Shown: one piece after another, positions 29,620 through 37,105 of the stretch
Layout of the letters: the number at the start of each line of letters is the position of its first letter
Numbering within the stretch: the first letter of the stretch is position 1
From: Oscillospiraceae bacterium
Lineage (GTDB): Bacteria; Bacillota; Clostridia; Oscillospirales; Oscillospiraceae
Reading direction: 5' to 3'
DNA length: 64,000 nucleotides
Assembly (NCBI GenBank): GCA_017439805.1
Contig: JAFSIK010000003.1
Coordinates: 8,258-72,257, forward strand
Made by a program: the position numbers and the translations under genes
The notes under the pieces: generated by a model
Databases searched by the model: none
What the model saw: the letters and a program-made list of their open reading frames with translations, nothing else
Told to the model about the DNA's origin: nothing

Positions 29620-29880
29620 TTATTCGGTAACTTCGTAAACAGAAACTTTCTTTCTGTCCTTGCCCATGCGCTCGAAACGAACGACGCCGTCCTTAACTGC
29701 GAACAGGGAGTCGTTATGAGCTCTCTTAACGTTGGTACCGGGATGGATGGAGGTACCGCGCTGGGTTACGATGATGTTGCCGGCGAGAACGAACTGACCA
29801 TCAGCGCGCTTGACGCCAAGTCTTTTACTTTCGCTGTCGCGACCGTTTTTGGTAGAGCCAACACCTTTTTTATGTGCCAT
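29620..29880 (-). CDS. rpmA: 50S ribosomal protein L27 (no N-terminal propeptide)
   Basis: [24 protein letters not shown]. It starts directly at the mature AHKK sequence. Confidence 0.95.
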   Translation of the reverse strand: MAHKKGVGSTKNGRDSESKRLGVKRADGQFVLAGNIIVTQRGTSIHPGTNVKRAHNDSLFAVKDGVVRFERMGKDRKKVSVYEVTE

Positions 29881-29898
29881 TTATAATACCCTCCTAAC

Positions 29899-30210
29899 TT
29901 AGACGGAGATCTTTTCGATCTGAACCTTAGTGTAGGGCTGTCTGTGGCCCTGCTTCTTGCTGTAGCCCTTCTTGGGGATGTACTTGTAGACGATGATCTT
30001 CTTGCCCTTACCGGACTTAACAACGGTGGCCTCAACGGAAGCGCCGCTGACGGTGGGAGCGCCGAAGGTGGAATTTTCGCCGTCGATAACAGCGATAACT
30101 TCGTCAAAGGTGACCTTTTCGCCGGCCTCTACGTCCAGCTTCTCGATGAAGACGATGTCGCCTTCCTTGACGCTGTACTGCTTGCCGCCGGTCTTGATAA
30201 CTGCGTACAT
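29899..30210 (-). CDS. rplU: 50S ribosomal protein L21
   Basis: [18 protein letters not shown]. The start was moved to the second ATG, preceded by GAGGAG. Confidence 0.93.
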   Translation of the reverse strand: MYAVIKTGGKQYSVKEGDIVFIEKLDVEAGEKVTFDEVIAVIDGENSTFGAPTVSGASVEATVVKSGKGKKIIVYKYIPKKGYSKKQGHRQPYTKVQIEKISV

Positions 30211-30298
30211 TTTGTAACTCCTCATTTTGTAAGACTCGCTGTCGTGGGCGGACGAAAAACCGTCACTTTATACAAAGCCCATTCAAAGCGGCCTTGAC

Positions 30299-30327
30299 AG
30301 TATAACATTTAAAAATTCCAAAGTCAA
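30299..30327 (-). promoter_or_regulatory. sigma-A promoter of rplU-rpmA-obg
   Basis: On the minus strand: TTGACT (30322..30327), 17-nt spacer, TATACT (30299..30304). This leaves a 5' UTR of about 80 nt, which may be an L21-leader-type element (not verified). Confidence 0.55.
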
Positions 30328-30396
30328 TAGTATTTTCCAATAAAAAATCCTTTTGGTGACGATAAATAACAAATTTTCACAATGTCGGAACATTCG

Positions 30397-30425
30397 TTGA
30401 AAGCGTGCGTCAAAGATGGTATAAT
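30397..30425 (+). promoter_or_regulatory. sigma-A promoter (extended -10) of the NAGPA/SLH gene
   Basis: TTGAAA, 17-nt spacer, TATAAT with an upstream TGg. Confidence 0.55.
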
Positions 30426-30468
30426 CCTGTCATAAATACACATAAAAACACACCCAAAGGAGGACGCC

Positions 30469-32937
30469 ATGAAGAAAATAATCAAACTCTCCACCGTCAT
30501 CGTTCTGGCATTGCTGATAGTGCTTACGGCAGCACCCTTTACCTTTGCCGCCGATGACGTTTCCACCGGAACGGAGTACATTTCAAACTACCTTACATAC
30601 ACCGAGAAAGGCTTCACCGCATCCTCCGACCCTCAGCAGGCATTTGTACTTAATTATACTCCCGGCGGGGATATAATGCCTGTTGTTACCTACGGCAGTG
30701 CGGTATATGGCGGTCAGAGCATCTCCGGCGCCGCCACCGACTGGGAAAAAACCGGCAATAAGGTTATCGCGGCCGTAAACGCCGACTTTTTCTCCACCAC
30801 CAGCGGCATTCCCATGGGTATCCTTATTACGGAAGGCAAGCTGCGTGCCTACGGCGGTCAGTCCACTGTAGCGGGCTTCTATGCCGCAGGCGGCGGATTT
30901 ATCACCACCGCAGATATTGATATTACCGTAAAAAATATGACTGTGGCTTCCCAGAGCTGGGGCAACACCGCCACTATTGATGTTCTGGCCTTTAACCACC
31001 TGCGCCAGAGCGGCGGAGTGTATCTTTTTGACAGTGAGTTTTCCACCACCACCCGTACCACCACCGACGGCGTGAATGTGGTGCTTAAAGTTGATACCGG
31101 CGCCATGACCGTCGGCGGCGGGGTTACTGCAACCGTAGAGTCCGTGGTATCCGGCGCGGATGCAGTTGAACTCAAGGAAGGCCGCATGGTCCTCAGCGTG
31201 GATTCCGCCTGGAGCGGCGCGGCGGTTTTAAACGGATTTTCAGTGGGTGATAAGGTTGCCATCGGCGTTTCCAGTACCAGCAACGAGCTTAAAACTGCCT
31301 GGTATACCACCGGCGGCGGAGACGTCATTGTCAGCGGCGGCTTCGTTACCACTGAAAGCCTGTGGGACACCACTATTTCCACCACCGCGGCTCCCCGTAC
31401 CGCCATGGGCGTCAAAAGCGACGGCAGTATTGTGTTCTATTGCGTGGACGGCAGACAGAACGGATATAGCACCGGCTTGACCCTCAAACAGCTTGCCCAG
31501 GAAATGATAGCACAGGGCTGCGTCACCGCCATCAACCTTGACGGCGGCGGCTCCACCGCGATAGGTGTAATGGATACTGCCACCGGCAATTTTGTTCTTG
31601 AAAACAAACCCTCCAACGGTACCCAGCGCACCTGCTCCACCTATATTCTCCTTACAGCCGTTTATGCGCCTGACGGAGTGCCCGCCAGACTGCGTTTCGT
31701 AGAAGAGGACATTTGTATCATGGCCGGCGGTACTGCCACTCTCTCCGGCGTGACCGCAACCGACAGAGGCTATAAGCCTGTTGCCCTCAACGAGGATGTT
31801 TCCTACTTCCTTACCGGCAACATCGGTTCCCTCAGCGGCCTTAAATTTACCGCTGCCAATACTGCCGCCAGCGGCACCGTTACCGCCGTTTCCAAAAGCG
31901 GCCTGCGGGGCGTAGGCAGCATTAACGTTGTGAAATCTCCCCAGGCAATCACCATAAACACCGACAGCCAGAAAGACGTAGCCTCCCTTAGCGTTACCAG
32001 CGGTGATGTGGTGAAGCTTTCCGCTTCTGCCACCCATTTCGGCAAAGCGGTCAAGGGAGCGGAAAACGCAAGCTTTGAATATTACATCAGCGGAAATATC
32101 GGCTCAATCAGCGAAAACGGCACATTTACCGCCGCAGACCAGCGTGGCAGCGGTACCATAATGGTACTTTGCGGCAATGCAAGAAAGGAAATCCCCGTCA
32201 CCGTTACCAAGTCCTATTCCGACGTTGCCAAGGACGACTGGTATTATGACGCTGTAAATTTTGCCAGCGAAAAAGGTCTGTTCTCCGGTACCAGTGACAC
32301 TGAATTTTCTCCCAATGCTCCCATGACCCGCGGAATGTTCGTAACCGTTCTGGGCCGTCTGGAGGGGATTGACCCCGAGGCATACGCGCCACCCGTTGAC
32401 TCCTGCACCGTAGCTGTGGGCGAGGCAATCATCCGCAAGGGACCCGGCACCAGCCACGACCTGGTCACCACCGTCAAGCGCGGCGCCGAGCTGGAATGTG
32501 TTGGCAAGATAAATGAATGGTACGCCGTGAAATCCGGTGACCACTCCGGTTATATACGCGAAGACCTTGTAAACGTGGCCTATACGTTCACAGATGTGCC
32601 CGCTGATGCCTATTACGAAGGCTATGTAAACTGGGCGGTAAGCAAGGGTATCGTGGGCGGCTACGGCGAGGGCAAATTCGGCCCCAATGACGTTCTTACC
32701 CGCGAACAGCTTGCGGTTATCCTCTACAACTTTACCCTGCGCACCAAGGGCGCCCAGACCTTTACCCAGTCGATAGGCGCATTCCCCGATGCGGCCAATG
32801 TGTCTGACTGGGCCGTGGATGCCATGAACTGGGCCTGCCACAACAAGTACATTGGCGGTATGGACGGTAGCCTCAATCCCAAGGGCAGCGCCAACCGCGC
32901 ACAGGTGGCCACCATTCTGATGAATTATCTGAAATGA
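30469..32937 (+). CDS. secreted cell-wall-anchored protein: phosphodiester glycosidase (NAGPA)-like domain, Ig-like repeats, SLH repeats interrupted by an SH3b-like domain
   Basis: Signal peptide MKKIIKLSTVIVLALLIVLTAAPFTFA. NAGPA-like region (AAVNADFF ... PRTAMGVKSDGSIVFYCVDGRQ ... AINLDGGGST). SLH repeats (YSDVAKDDWYYDAVNFASEKGLFSGT; FTDVPADAYYEGYVNWAVSKGIVGG; FPDAANVSDWAVDAMNWA). SH3b-like segment EAIIRKGPGTSHDLVTTVKRGAELECVGKINEWYAV. Confidence 0.75.
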   Translation: MKKIIKLSTVIVLALLIVLTAAPFTFAADDVSTGTEYISNYLTYTEKGFTASSDPQQAFVLNYTPGGDIMPVVTYGSAVYGGQSISGAATDWEKTGNKVIAAVNADFFSTTSGIPMGILITEGKLRAYGGQSTVAGFYAAGGGFITTADIDITVKNMTVASQSWGNTATIDVLAFNHLRQSGGVYLFDSEFSTTTRTTTDGVNVVLKVDTGAMTVGGGVTATVESVVSGADAVELKEGRMVLSVDSAWSGAAVLNGFSVGDKVAIGVSSTSNELKTAWYTTGGGDVIVSGGFVTTESLWDTTISTTAAPRTAMGVKSDGSIVFYCVDGRQNGYSTGLTLKQLAQEMIAQGCVTAINLDGGGSTAIGVMDTATGNFVLENKPSNGTQRTCSTYILLTAVYAPDGVPARLRFVEEDICIMAGGTATLSGVTATDRGYKPVALNEDVSYFLTGNIGSLSGLKFTAANTAASGTVTAVSKSGLRGVGSINVVKSPQAITINTDSQKDVASLSVTSGDVVKLSASATHFGKAVKGAENASFEYYISGNIGSISENGTFTAADQRGSGTIMVLCGNARKEIPVTVTKSYSDVAKDDWYYDAVNFASEKGLFSGTSDTEFSPNAPMTRGMFVTVLGRLEGIDPEAYAPPVDSCTVAVGEAIIRKGPGTSHDLVTTVKRGAELECVGKINEWYAVKSGDHSGYIREDLVNVAYTFTDVPADAYYEGYVNWAVSKGIVGGYGEGKFGPNDVLTREQLAVILYNFTLRTKGAQTFTQSIGAFPDAANVSDWAVDAMNWACHNKYIGGMDGSLNPKGSANRAQVATILMNYLK

Positions 32938-33188
32938 TGAGCCAGCCGGGAATTTTAGAGATTGATGTCCACCGTATGACCAAAAGGCAGGCGAAGGTAT
33001 TTATCGAAGGGAAAATACGCTCCGCCGGCCCCGCGGTTTACAGGATAAGGGTGATACACGGCTATAACTCCGGCACGGAGCTGCGCGACCTGGTCCGCCG
33101 TGAGATTGCCAAAAACAGCAAGGTAAAGCGTGTGGAGCTGGGTCTCAATCCCGGCGCCACGGATCTGATTCTGCGTGAATTGTATTGA
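32934..33188 (+). CDS. stand-alone Smr (small MutS-related) domain protein
   Basis: 84 aa. LEIDVHRMTKRQAKVFIE ... RVIHGYNSGTELRDLV matches the Smr pattern (DLHG-like, then the HG motif). ATGA overlap with the upstream gene. Confidence 0.65.
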   Translation: MMSQPGILEIDVHRMTKRQAKVFIEGKIRSAGPAVYRIRVIHGYNSGTELRDLVRREIAKNSKVKRVELGLNPGATDLILRELY

Positions 33189-33190
33189 AA

Positions 33191-33225
33191 AATGCCCCGT
33201 CTTTTGCAGGACGGGGCATTTTTTG
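33191..33225 (+). terminator. intrinsic terminator
   Basis: AATGCCCCGTC-loop-GACGGGGCATT followed by TTTTT. Confidence 0.8.
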
Positions 33226-33233
33226 CGCCGGTT

Positions 33234-33263
33234 GTATAAAAGTTTTTATAACTGCCAAAAATA
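33234..33263 (+). promoter_or_regulatory. candidate forespore (sigma-F/G-type) promoter
   Basis: GTATA (33234..33238), 15-nt spacer, GCCAAAAATA (33254..33263), compared with the B. subtilis sigma-F-type consensus GYATA-N15-GGnnAnAHTR. Confidence 0.3.
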
Positions 33264-33295
33264 CTTCCAAAGCCACACTTTGGGAGGTGACAAAA

Positions 33296-33436
33296 ATGGC
33301 CGACAACAAGAATCAGAACAGCAACTCCAACAGCAATTCCAATTCCGCTTCCAACCGCAAGGTAAAGAGCGTACCCTCCACCATGACCCCCAGCACCCAG
33401 TCCCAGAACAAAAAGGGCAGCCAGAGCTGCAAGTGA
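33296..33436 (+). CDS. 46-aa hydrophilic Asn/Ser/Gln/Lys-rich protein (MADNKNQNSNSNSNSNSASNRKVKSVPSTMTPSTQSQNKKGSQSCK); possible minor SASP-like spore protein
   Basis: ATG at 33296 lies 7 nt after GGGAGGTG. It is bracketed by two intrinsic terminators. The upstream part of track ORF 33185..33436 crosses the preceding terminator and is unlikely to be translated. Confidence 0.55.
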   Translation: MADNKNQNSNSNSNSNSASNRKVKSVPSTMTPSTQSQNKKGSQSCK

Positions 33437-33457
33437 CATAATGTCATGGCAACACCC

Positions 33458-33488
33458 GCCCGGACGCCTGAAGGCGTCCGGGCTTTTC
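33458..33488 (+). terminator. intrinsic terminator
   Basis: GCCCGGACGCC-TGAA-GGCGTCCGGGC followed by TTTTC. Confidence 0.7.
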
Positions 33489-33558
33489 ATAACCATAAAA
33501 AATCAAAAACCCCTTTTCAAAACGTATAAAATATTGTATAATCATTATTCAGAGTTAA

Positions 33559-33854
33559 TCGGGCGTTGGACAGCCCGCGCTAACCGGGGAGCCAGCGGTG
33601 CCCTATACCTGCAATCCGCTACAGCAGGGGCTAATTCCTGCCCCCGGGTACCCGGTGTGTTGTCTGACCGGCGTAAGTAGTGATGATGGGTCGGTCCTGC
33701 GCAACGAAGATCCGTGAACCATGTCAGGCGGGGAACCGAGCAGCATTAAGCGGAACCCTTCGTGTGCCGCGGGACAGCCGTCCCTGAGCCGGCTGCGCCG
33801 GTAACGGGCATATCGTGTATTCAAAGGCAGGTGCGCGGGCTGTCCAGCGCCCGA
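33559..33854 (+). ncRNA. ffs: signal recognition particle RNA, long Bacillus-type (with Alu domain)
   Basis: Terminal helix TCGGGCGTTGGACAGCCCGCGC / GCGCGGGCTGTCCAGCGCCCGA. Internal blocks are near-identical to B. subtilis scRNA (GCGGTGCCCTATACCTGCAATCCGCT; GAACCATGTCAGGCGGGGAACCGAGCAGCATTAAG; GTGTGCCGCGGGA). It sits in the classical position upstream of dnaX. End coordinates are approximate. Confidence 0.92.
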
Positions 33855-33889
33855 ACTCTATCTATCCGACGTGAAAAGGAGGCTGTTTT

Positions 33890-35527
33890 ATGTACCAGGC
33901 TCTTTACAGAAAATGGCGTCCCCGCACCTTTGATGAGGTCGTGGGACAGGAACACATAACCTCCATCCTGAAATCTCAGGTAGACAGAGGCAGGCTTTCC
34001 CATGCCTATCTTTTCACCGGAACCCGCGGCACCGGCAAAACCACCTGCGCTAAAATACTCTCCCGTGCCGCCAACTGCGAAAACCCCGTAAACGGCAGTC
34101 CCTGCAACAAATGCCCCGCCTGTGTGGGCATTGAAAACGGCTCGATTCTGGACGTTTTGGAATTTGACGCCGCCTCCAACAGCAAGGTTGACGACATCCG
34201 CGCTGTGCTGGAGGAAACGGTTTATACCCCGGCTTACGCCAAAAAGCGTGTGTATATAATCGACGAGGTGCACATGCTGTCCAACTCCGCTTTCAACGCT
34301 CTGCTTAAAACTCTGGAGGAACCGCCCGAACACCTGATGTTCATTCTGGCAACCACCGAGCAGCATAAGGTTCCCGCGACCATACTCTCCCGCTGTCAGA
34401 AATTTGCCTTCCGCCGTATCGGCGCGGAGACTCTCAAGGGCAGGCTCAATCAGATTGCCTCCGCCGAAGGTATTCCTCTTACCGATGACGGAGCGGCTCT
34501 TGTAGCCCGTATGGCGGACGGCTCCCTGCGTGATGCACTGTCCCTGCTGGACCAGTGCTCCGGCGCAGAGGGTGAGCTTAACGAGGACACCGTTGCCGAA
34601 TTCGCCGGCATTCCCGCTCAGAGTGAGAGCGCCCGGCTGCTTTACGCCGTTGCCGAAAAAGACGGCGCCGCGGTTCTTGACAGCTTTAACAGCCTGTATA
34701 TGTCCGGCAAGGAGGCCGTCACCATTTTTGACGAGCTTCTGGTTCTTTGCCGCGACCTTCTCATAATGAAAAAAGCGCCGAAAAATTCCGGAGCCATATC
34801 CTCTCCCACGGTGAGAAAAACCATTTCCGAAATTGCCCGCAGCATTTCCGATGCCCGGGCTGAAAAGATTGTTCTCACTCTGCAGGCCGCCCGCCGTGCC
34901 CTGCAGCAGAGTGCCAACCGCCGTGTTGACGGCGAACTTTACCTTGCAATGCTCTGCAGGGAGGAAGAAGAGGCAACTCCCGCGCCCCGCAGGGAGGAGC
35001 GTCCCGCCGGTAAGGCTTCCACAGCCGCATCCGCGGCCCCCTGGGACGAGCCTCCGGCGATAAAAAAGACGGTCGGCGCACCGGATATCGCTGCAAAACC
35101 CGTGGAAAAACCGGCCTCCGTAACTAAAGAAAAGGCCCCCTGGGATCAGCCGCCTTCAATTAAAACGCCGGCAGAGCCTGACCTTGCGGCAAGACCGGCC
35201 CCGCCTCCCGCCGAGCCGGATATACCCTCGGCGGATTGGGATGCAATCCTTGAAAAAGTAGAGTCCAGACTTGGCATAGCCGAGTATTTTACCCTATCCA
35301 ACCCCGCCCTTGCAAAGCCCCGCTTTGTATCGGGCAAGCTCGTCATCGAGGTGGATTCCGAATTCAATCTCACAACCCTCAATGACCCGCGAATCGTTGA
35401 AACGCTCAAACAGGCCGCCGGTATGCCGGTGGAAATAAATCTGCCCGGAGCCTCAAAGGGCACGGACGGACTTGAAGAGCTGATGCGGTTCGGCAGGGAA
35501 AACCCCAACAAAGTAAAAATATTCTGA
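33890..35527 (+). CDS. dnaX: DNA polymerase III subunit tau (DnaX)
   Basis: MYQALYRKWRPRTFDEVVGQEHI, Walker A GTRGTGKTT, Zn module CNKCPAC, SRCQKF. The C-terminal half is Pro/Ala-rich. Confidence 0.93.
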   Translation: MYQALYRKWRPRTFDEVVGQEHITSILKSQVDRGRLSHAYLFTGTRGTGKTTCAKILSRAANCENPVNGSPCNKCPACVGIENGSILDVLEFDAASNSKVDDIRAVLEETVYTPAYAKKRVYIIDEVHMLSNSAFNALLKTLEEPPEHLMFILATTEQHKVPATILSRCQKFAFRRIGAETLKGRLNQIASAEGIPLTDDGAALVARMADGSLRDALSLLDQCSGAEGELNEDTVAEFAGIPAQSESARLLYAVAEKDGAAVLDSFNSLYMSGKEAVTIFDELLVLCRDLLIMKKAPKNSGAISSPTVRKTISEIARSISDARAEKIVLTLQAARRALQQSANRRVDGELYLAMLCREEEEATPAPRREERPAGKASTAASAAPWDEPPAIKKTVGAPDIAAKPVEKPASVTKEKAPWDQPPSIKTPAEPDLAARPAPPPAEPDIPSADWDAILEKVESRLGIAEYFTLSNPALAKPRFVSGKLVIEVDSEFNLTTLNDPRIVETLKQAAGMPVEINLPGASKGTDGLEELMRFGRENPNKVKIF

Positions 35528-35543
35528 AAAGGAGATTTGTGAT

Positions 35544-35891
35544 ATGGCAAAGGGAGGATACCGCGGAGGTATGCCCACTGGCGGCATGAACATGAATATG
35601 ATCAAGCAGGCCCAGAAAATGCAGCAGGATATGCTGAAAATGCAGCAGGAAATGGAAGAGAAGGAATATACCGCTACCAGCGGCGGCGGAATGGTGACTG
35701 CCGTTGTCAGCGGCAAGCGCACCGTAACTTCCATCAGCATTGAGCCTGACGCTGTTGATCCCGATGATATTGAAATGCTGGAAGACCTGGTAGTGGCCGC
35801 TGTTAACGCAGCTCTTGCCGCAGCCGAGGAGGACAGCGCAAAGAGCATGAGCAAGCTCACCGGCGGACTGAACCTTGGAGGTATGTTTTAA
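35544..35891 (+). CDS. ybaB: YbaB/EbfC family nucleoid-associated protein
   Basis: 115 aa. NMNMIKQAQKMQQDMLKMQQEMEE ... GGMVTAVVSGK. dnaX-ybaB-recR synteny. Confidence 0.9.
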   Translation: MAKGGYRGGMPTGGMNMNMIKQAQKMQQDMLKMQQEMEEKEYTATSGGGMVTAVVSGKRTVTSISIEPDAVDPDDIEMLEDLVVAAVNAALAAAEEDSAKSMSKLTGGLNLGGMF

Positions 35892-36491
35892 TTGAGATCT
35901 TTTCCCGCCGCCGTGGAGCGGCTCACGGAACAGTTCAATAAACTGCCCGGCGTTGGCTTCAAATCAGCCCAGCGTATGGCTTTCCATGTTCTTGGCATGA
36001 ACGACGCTCAGGCGGAGGCCTTCGCACAGGCAATTCTGGACGCAAAGCACACCGTGAAGTGCTGCGAAAAATGCCAGAACCTTACGGACATGGAGGTTTG
36101 CTCCATCTGCTCTGACCCGGGCCGCGACCAGAACGTTATCTGCGTCGTCACTGAGCCCCGTGATGTGGCTGCCATGGAGCGCGCCCGCGAGTACAAAGGT
36201 CTTTACCACGTGCTCCACGGCGTAATTTCCCCCATAAATCACGTGGGACCCGACGATATCCGCGTAAAGGAACTTCTTGGGCGCCTTTCCGACGGCACTG
36301 TGACCGAAATAATAATGGCCACCAACCCCGACACCGAGGGCGAGGCCACCGCAATGTACATATCCCGCCTCATTCGCCCTCTGGGTGTAAAGGTTACCCG
36401 TCTTGCCTACGGCATACCTGTGGGCAGCCAGCTTGAATATGCGGACGAGGTGACCCTCATGCGCGCGCTGGAAGGCCGCCGGGAGATTTAA
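35892..36491 (+). CDS. recR: recombination protein RecR
   Basis: TTG start. LPGVGFKSAQRMAFH helix-hairpin-helix, CxxC...CxxC zinc finger (CEKCQNLTDMEVCSIC), and a Toprim region. Confidence 0.92.
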   Translation: MRSFPAAVERLTEQFNKLPGVGFKSAQRMAFHVLGMNDAQAEAFAQAILDAKHTVKCCEKCQNLTDMEVCSICSDPGRDQNVICVVTEPRDVAAMERAREYKGLYHVLHGVISPINHVGPDDIRVKELLGRLSDGTVTEIIMATNPDTEGEATAMYISRLIRPLGVKVTRLAYGIPVGSQLEYADEVTLMRALEGRREI

Positions 36492-36527
36492 TCTGCGCGC
36501 CGCGGACGGCGCAGAATGGAGAGTTTT

Positions 36528-37064
36528 ATGGGAAAGCTTGACAGAGATTGGGGCAAAGGCATCCCCGAGTATAATGAAAGCGACATTATGACCTCTGATG
36601 AACTTCTCAACTTTGCAATGGACATTGTTGAAAAGTATATCATTGAGGAAAACAACTACGAAAAGGTATTTGAAACCAGCGAACCCGGCGAATATCCCAA
36701 CTTTATCGTTCAAGTGGAGGACGGCGTGCTGTGGTTCATCATCGTCAAGGCAGCAATTGCTCCCCGTGAGCCTTATCTCATTCCCGAGGTAAAGCAGCTT
36801 ATTCTTGAGCATGGCGAAAAGCACAACGCCGTATGCTTTTTTGCTCCCGTTTGCTTCGGTTCTCAGGACGAAGAACGCTTCAAGGCCTCTCTGGCCCTGC
36901 GCGGCGACGGTTTCTACACCAACTTTAAAAACCTTGAGGAGATCGTTCTCACCGAAGAGGACATCAAGTACCTGAAAAAACAGGCTAACAAGGCCTCCAA
37001 GGAAGCCAAGAAAAAGGCAAAGGCCGAGGCGGCCGCTCAGAGTGAAGAAGAGATAAAACACTAA
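36528..37064 (+). CDS. hypothetical protein with a Lys/Ala/Glu-rich C-terminal tail
   Basis: ORF 36516..37064. ATG at 36528 has the better RBS spacing (GGAGAG-N4). I recognise no family. The core contains PNFIVQVEDGVLWFIIVKA, and the tail is KKQANKASKEAKKKAKAEAAAQSEEE. Confidence 0.5.
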   Translation: MGKLDRDWGKGIPEYNESDIMTSDELLNFAMDIVEKYIIEENNYEKVFETSEPGEYPNFIVQVEDGVLWFIIVKAAIAPREPYLIPEVKQLILEHGEKHNAVCFFAPVCFGSQDEERFKASLALRGDGFYTNFKNLEEIVLTEEDIKYLKKQANKASKEAKKKAKAEAAAQSEEEIKH

Positions 37065-37066
37065 AT

Positions 37067-37100
37067 TAAAAAGACGGAGCTTTTATGCTCCGTCTTTTTA
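37067..37100. terminator. bidirectional terminator (orphan gene / feoAB)
   Basis: AAGACGGAGC-TTTTAT-GCTCCGTCTT flanked by A and T runs. Confidence 0.8.
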
Positions 37101-37105
37101 ATTTT

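Noticed and set aside
30211-30298. An L21-leader ribosomal autoregulatory RNA in the rplU 5' UTR.
   Set aside because: The UTR length of about 80 nt is compatible, but I could not fold a convincing conserved structure by eye. It needs an Rfam scan, so it is mentioned only in the promoter evidence.
33185-33295. The upstream part of track ORF 33185..33436 (the 83-aa version).
   Set aside because: It runs through the intrinsic terminator of the preceding gene and has no RBS. The internal ATG at 33296 has a strong GGGAGGTG RBS.
33310-33360. The AACAGC/AATTCC hexanucleotide run considered as a CRISPR-like or phase-variable repeat.
   Set aside because: The repeats are short, imperfect, in-frame and have no spacers. 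They simply encode (Asn-Ser)n inside a small ORF.
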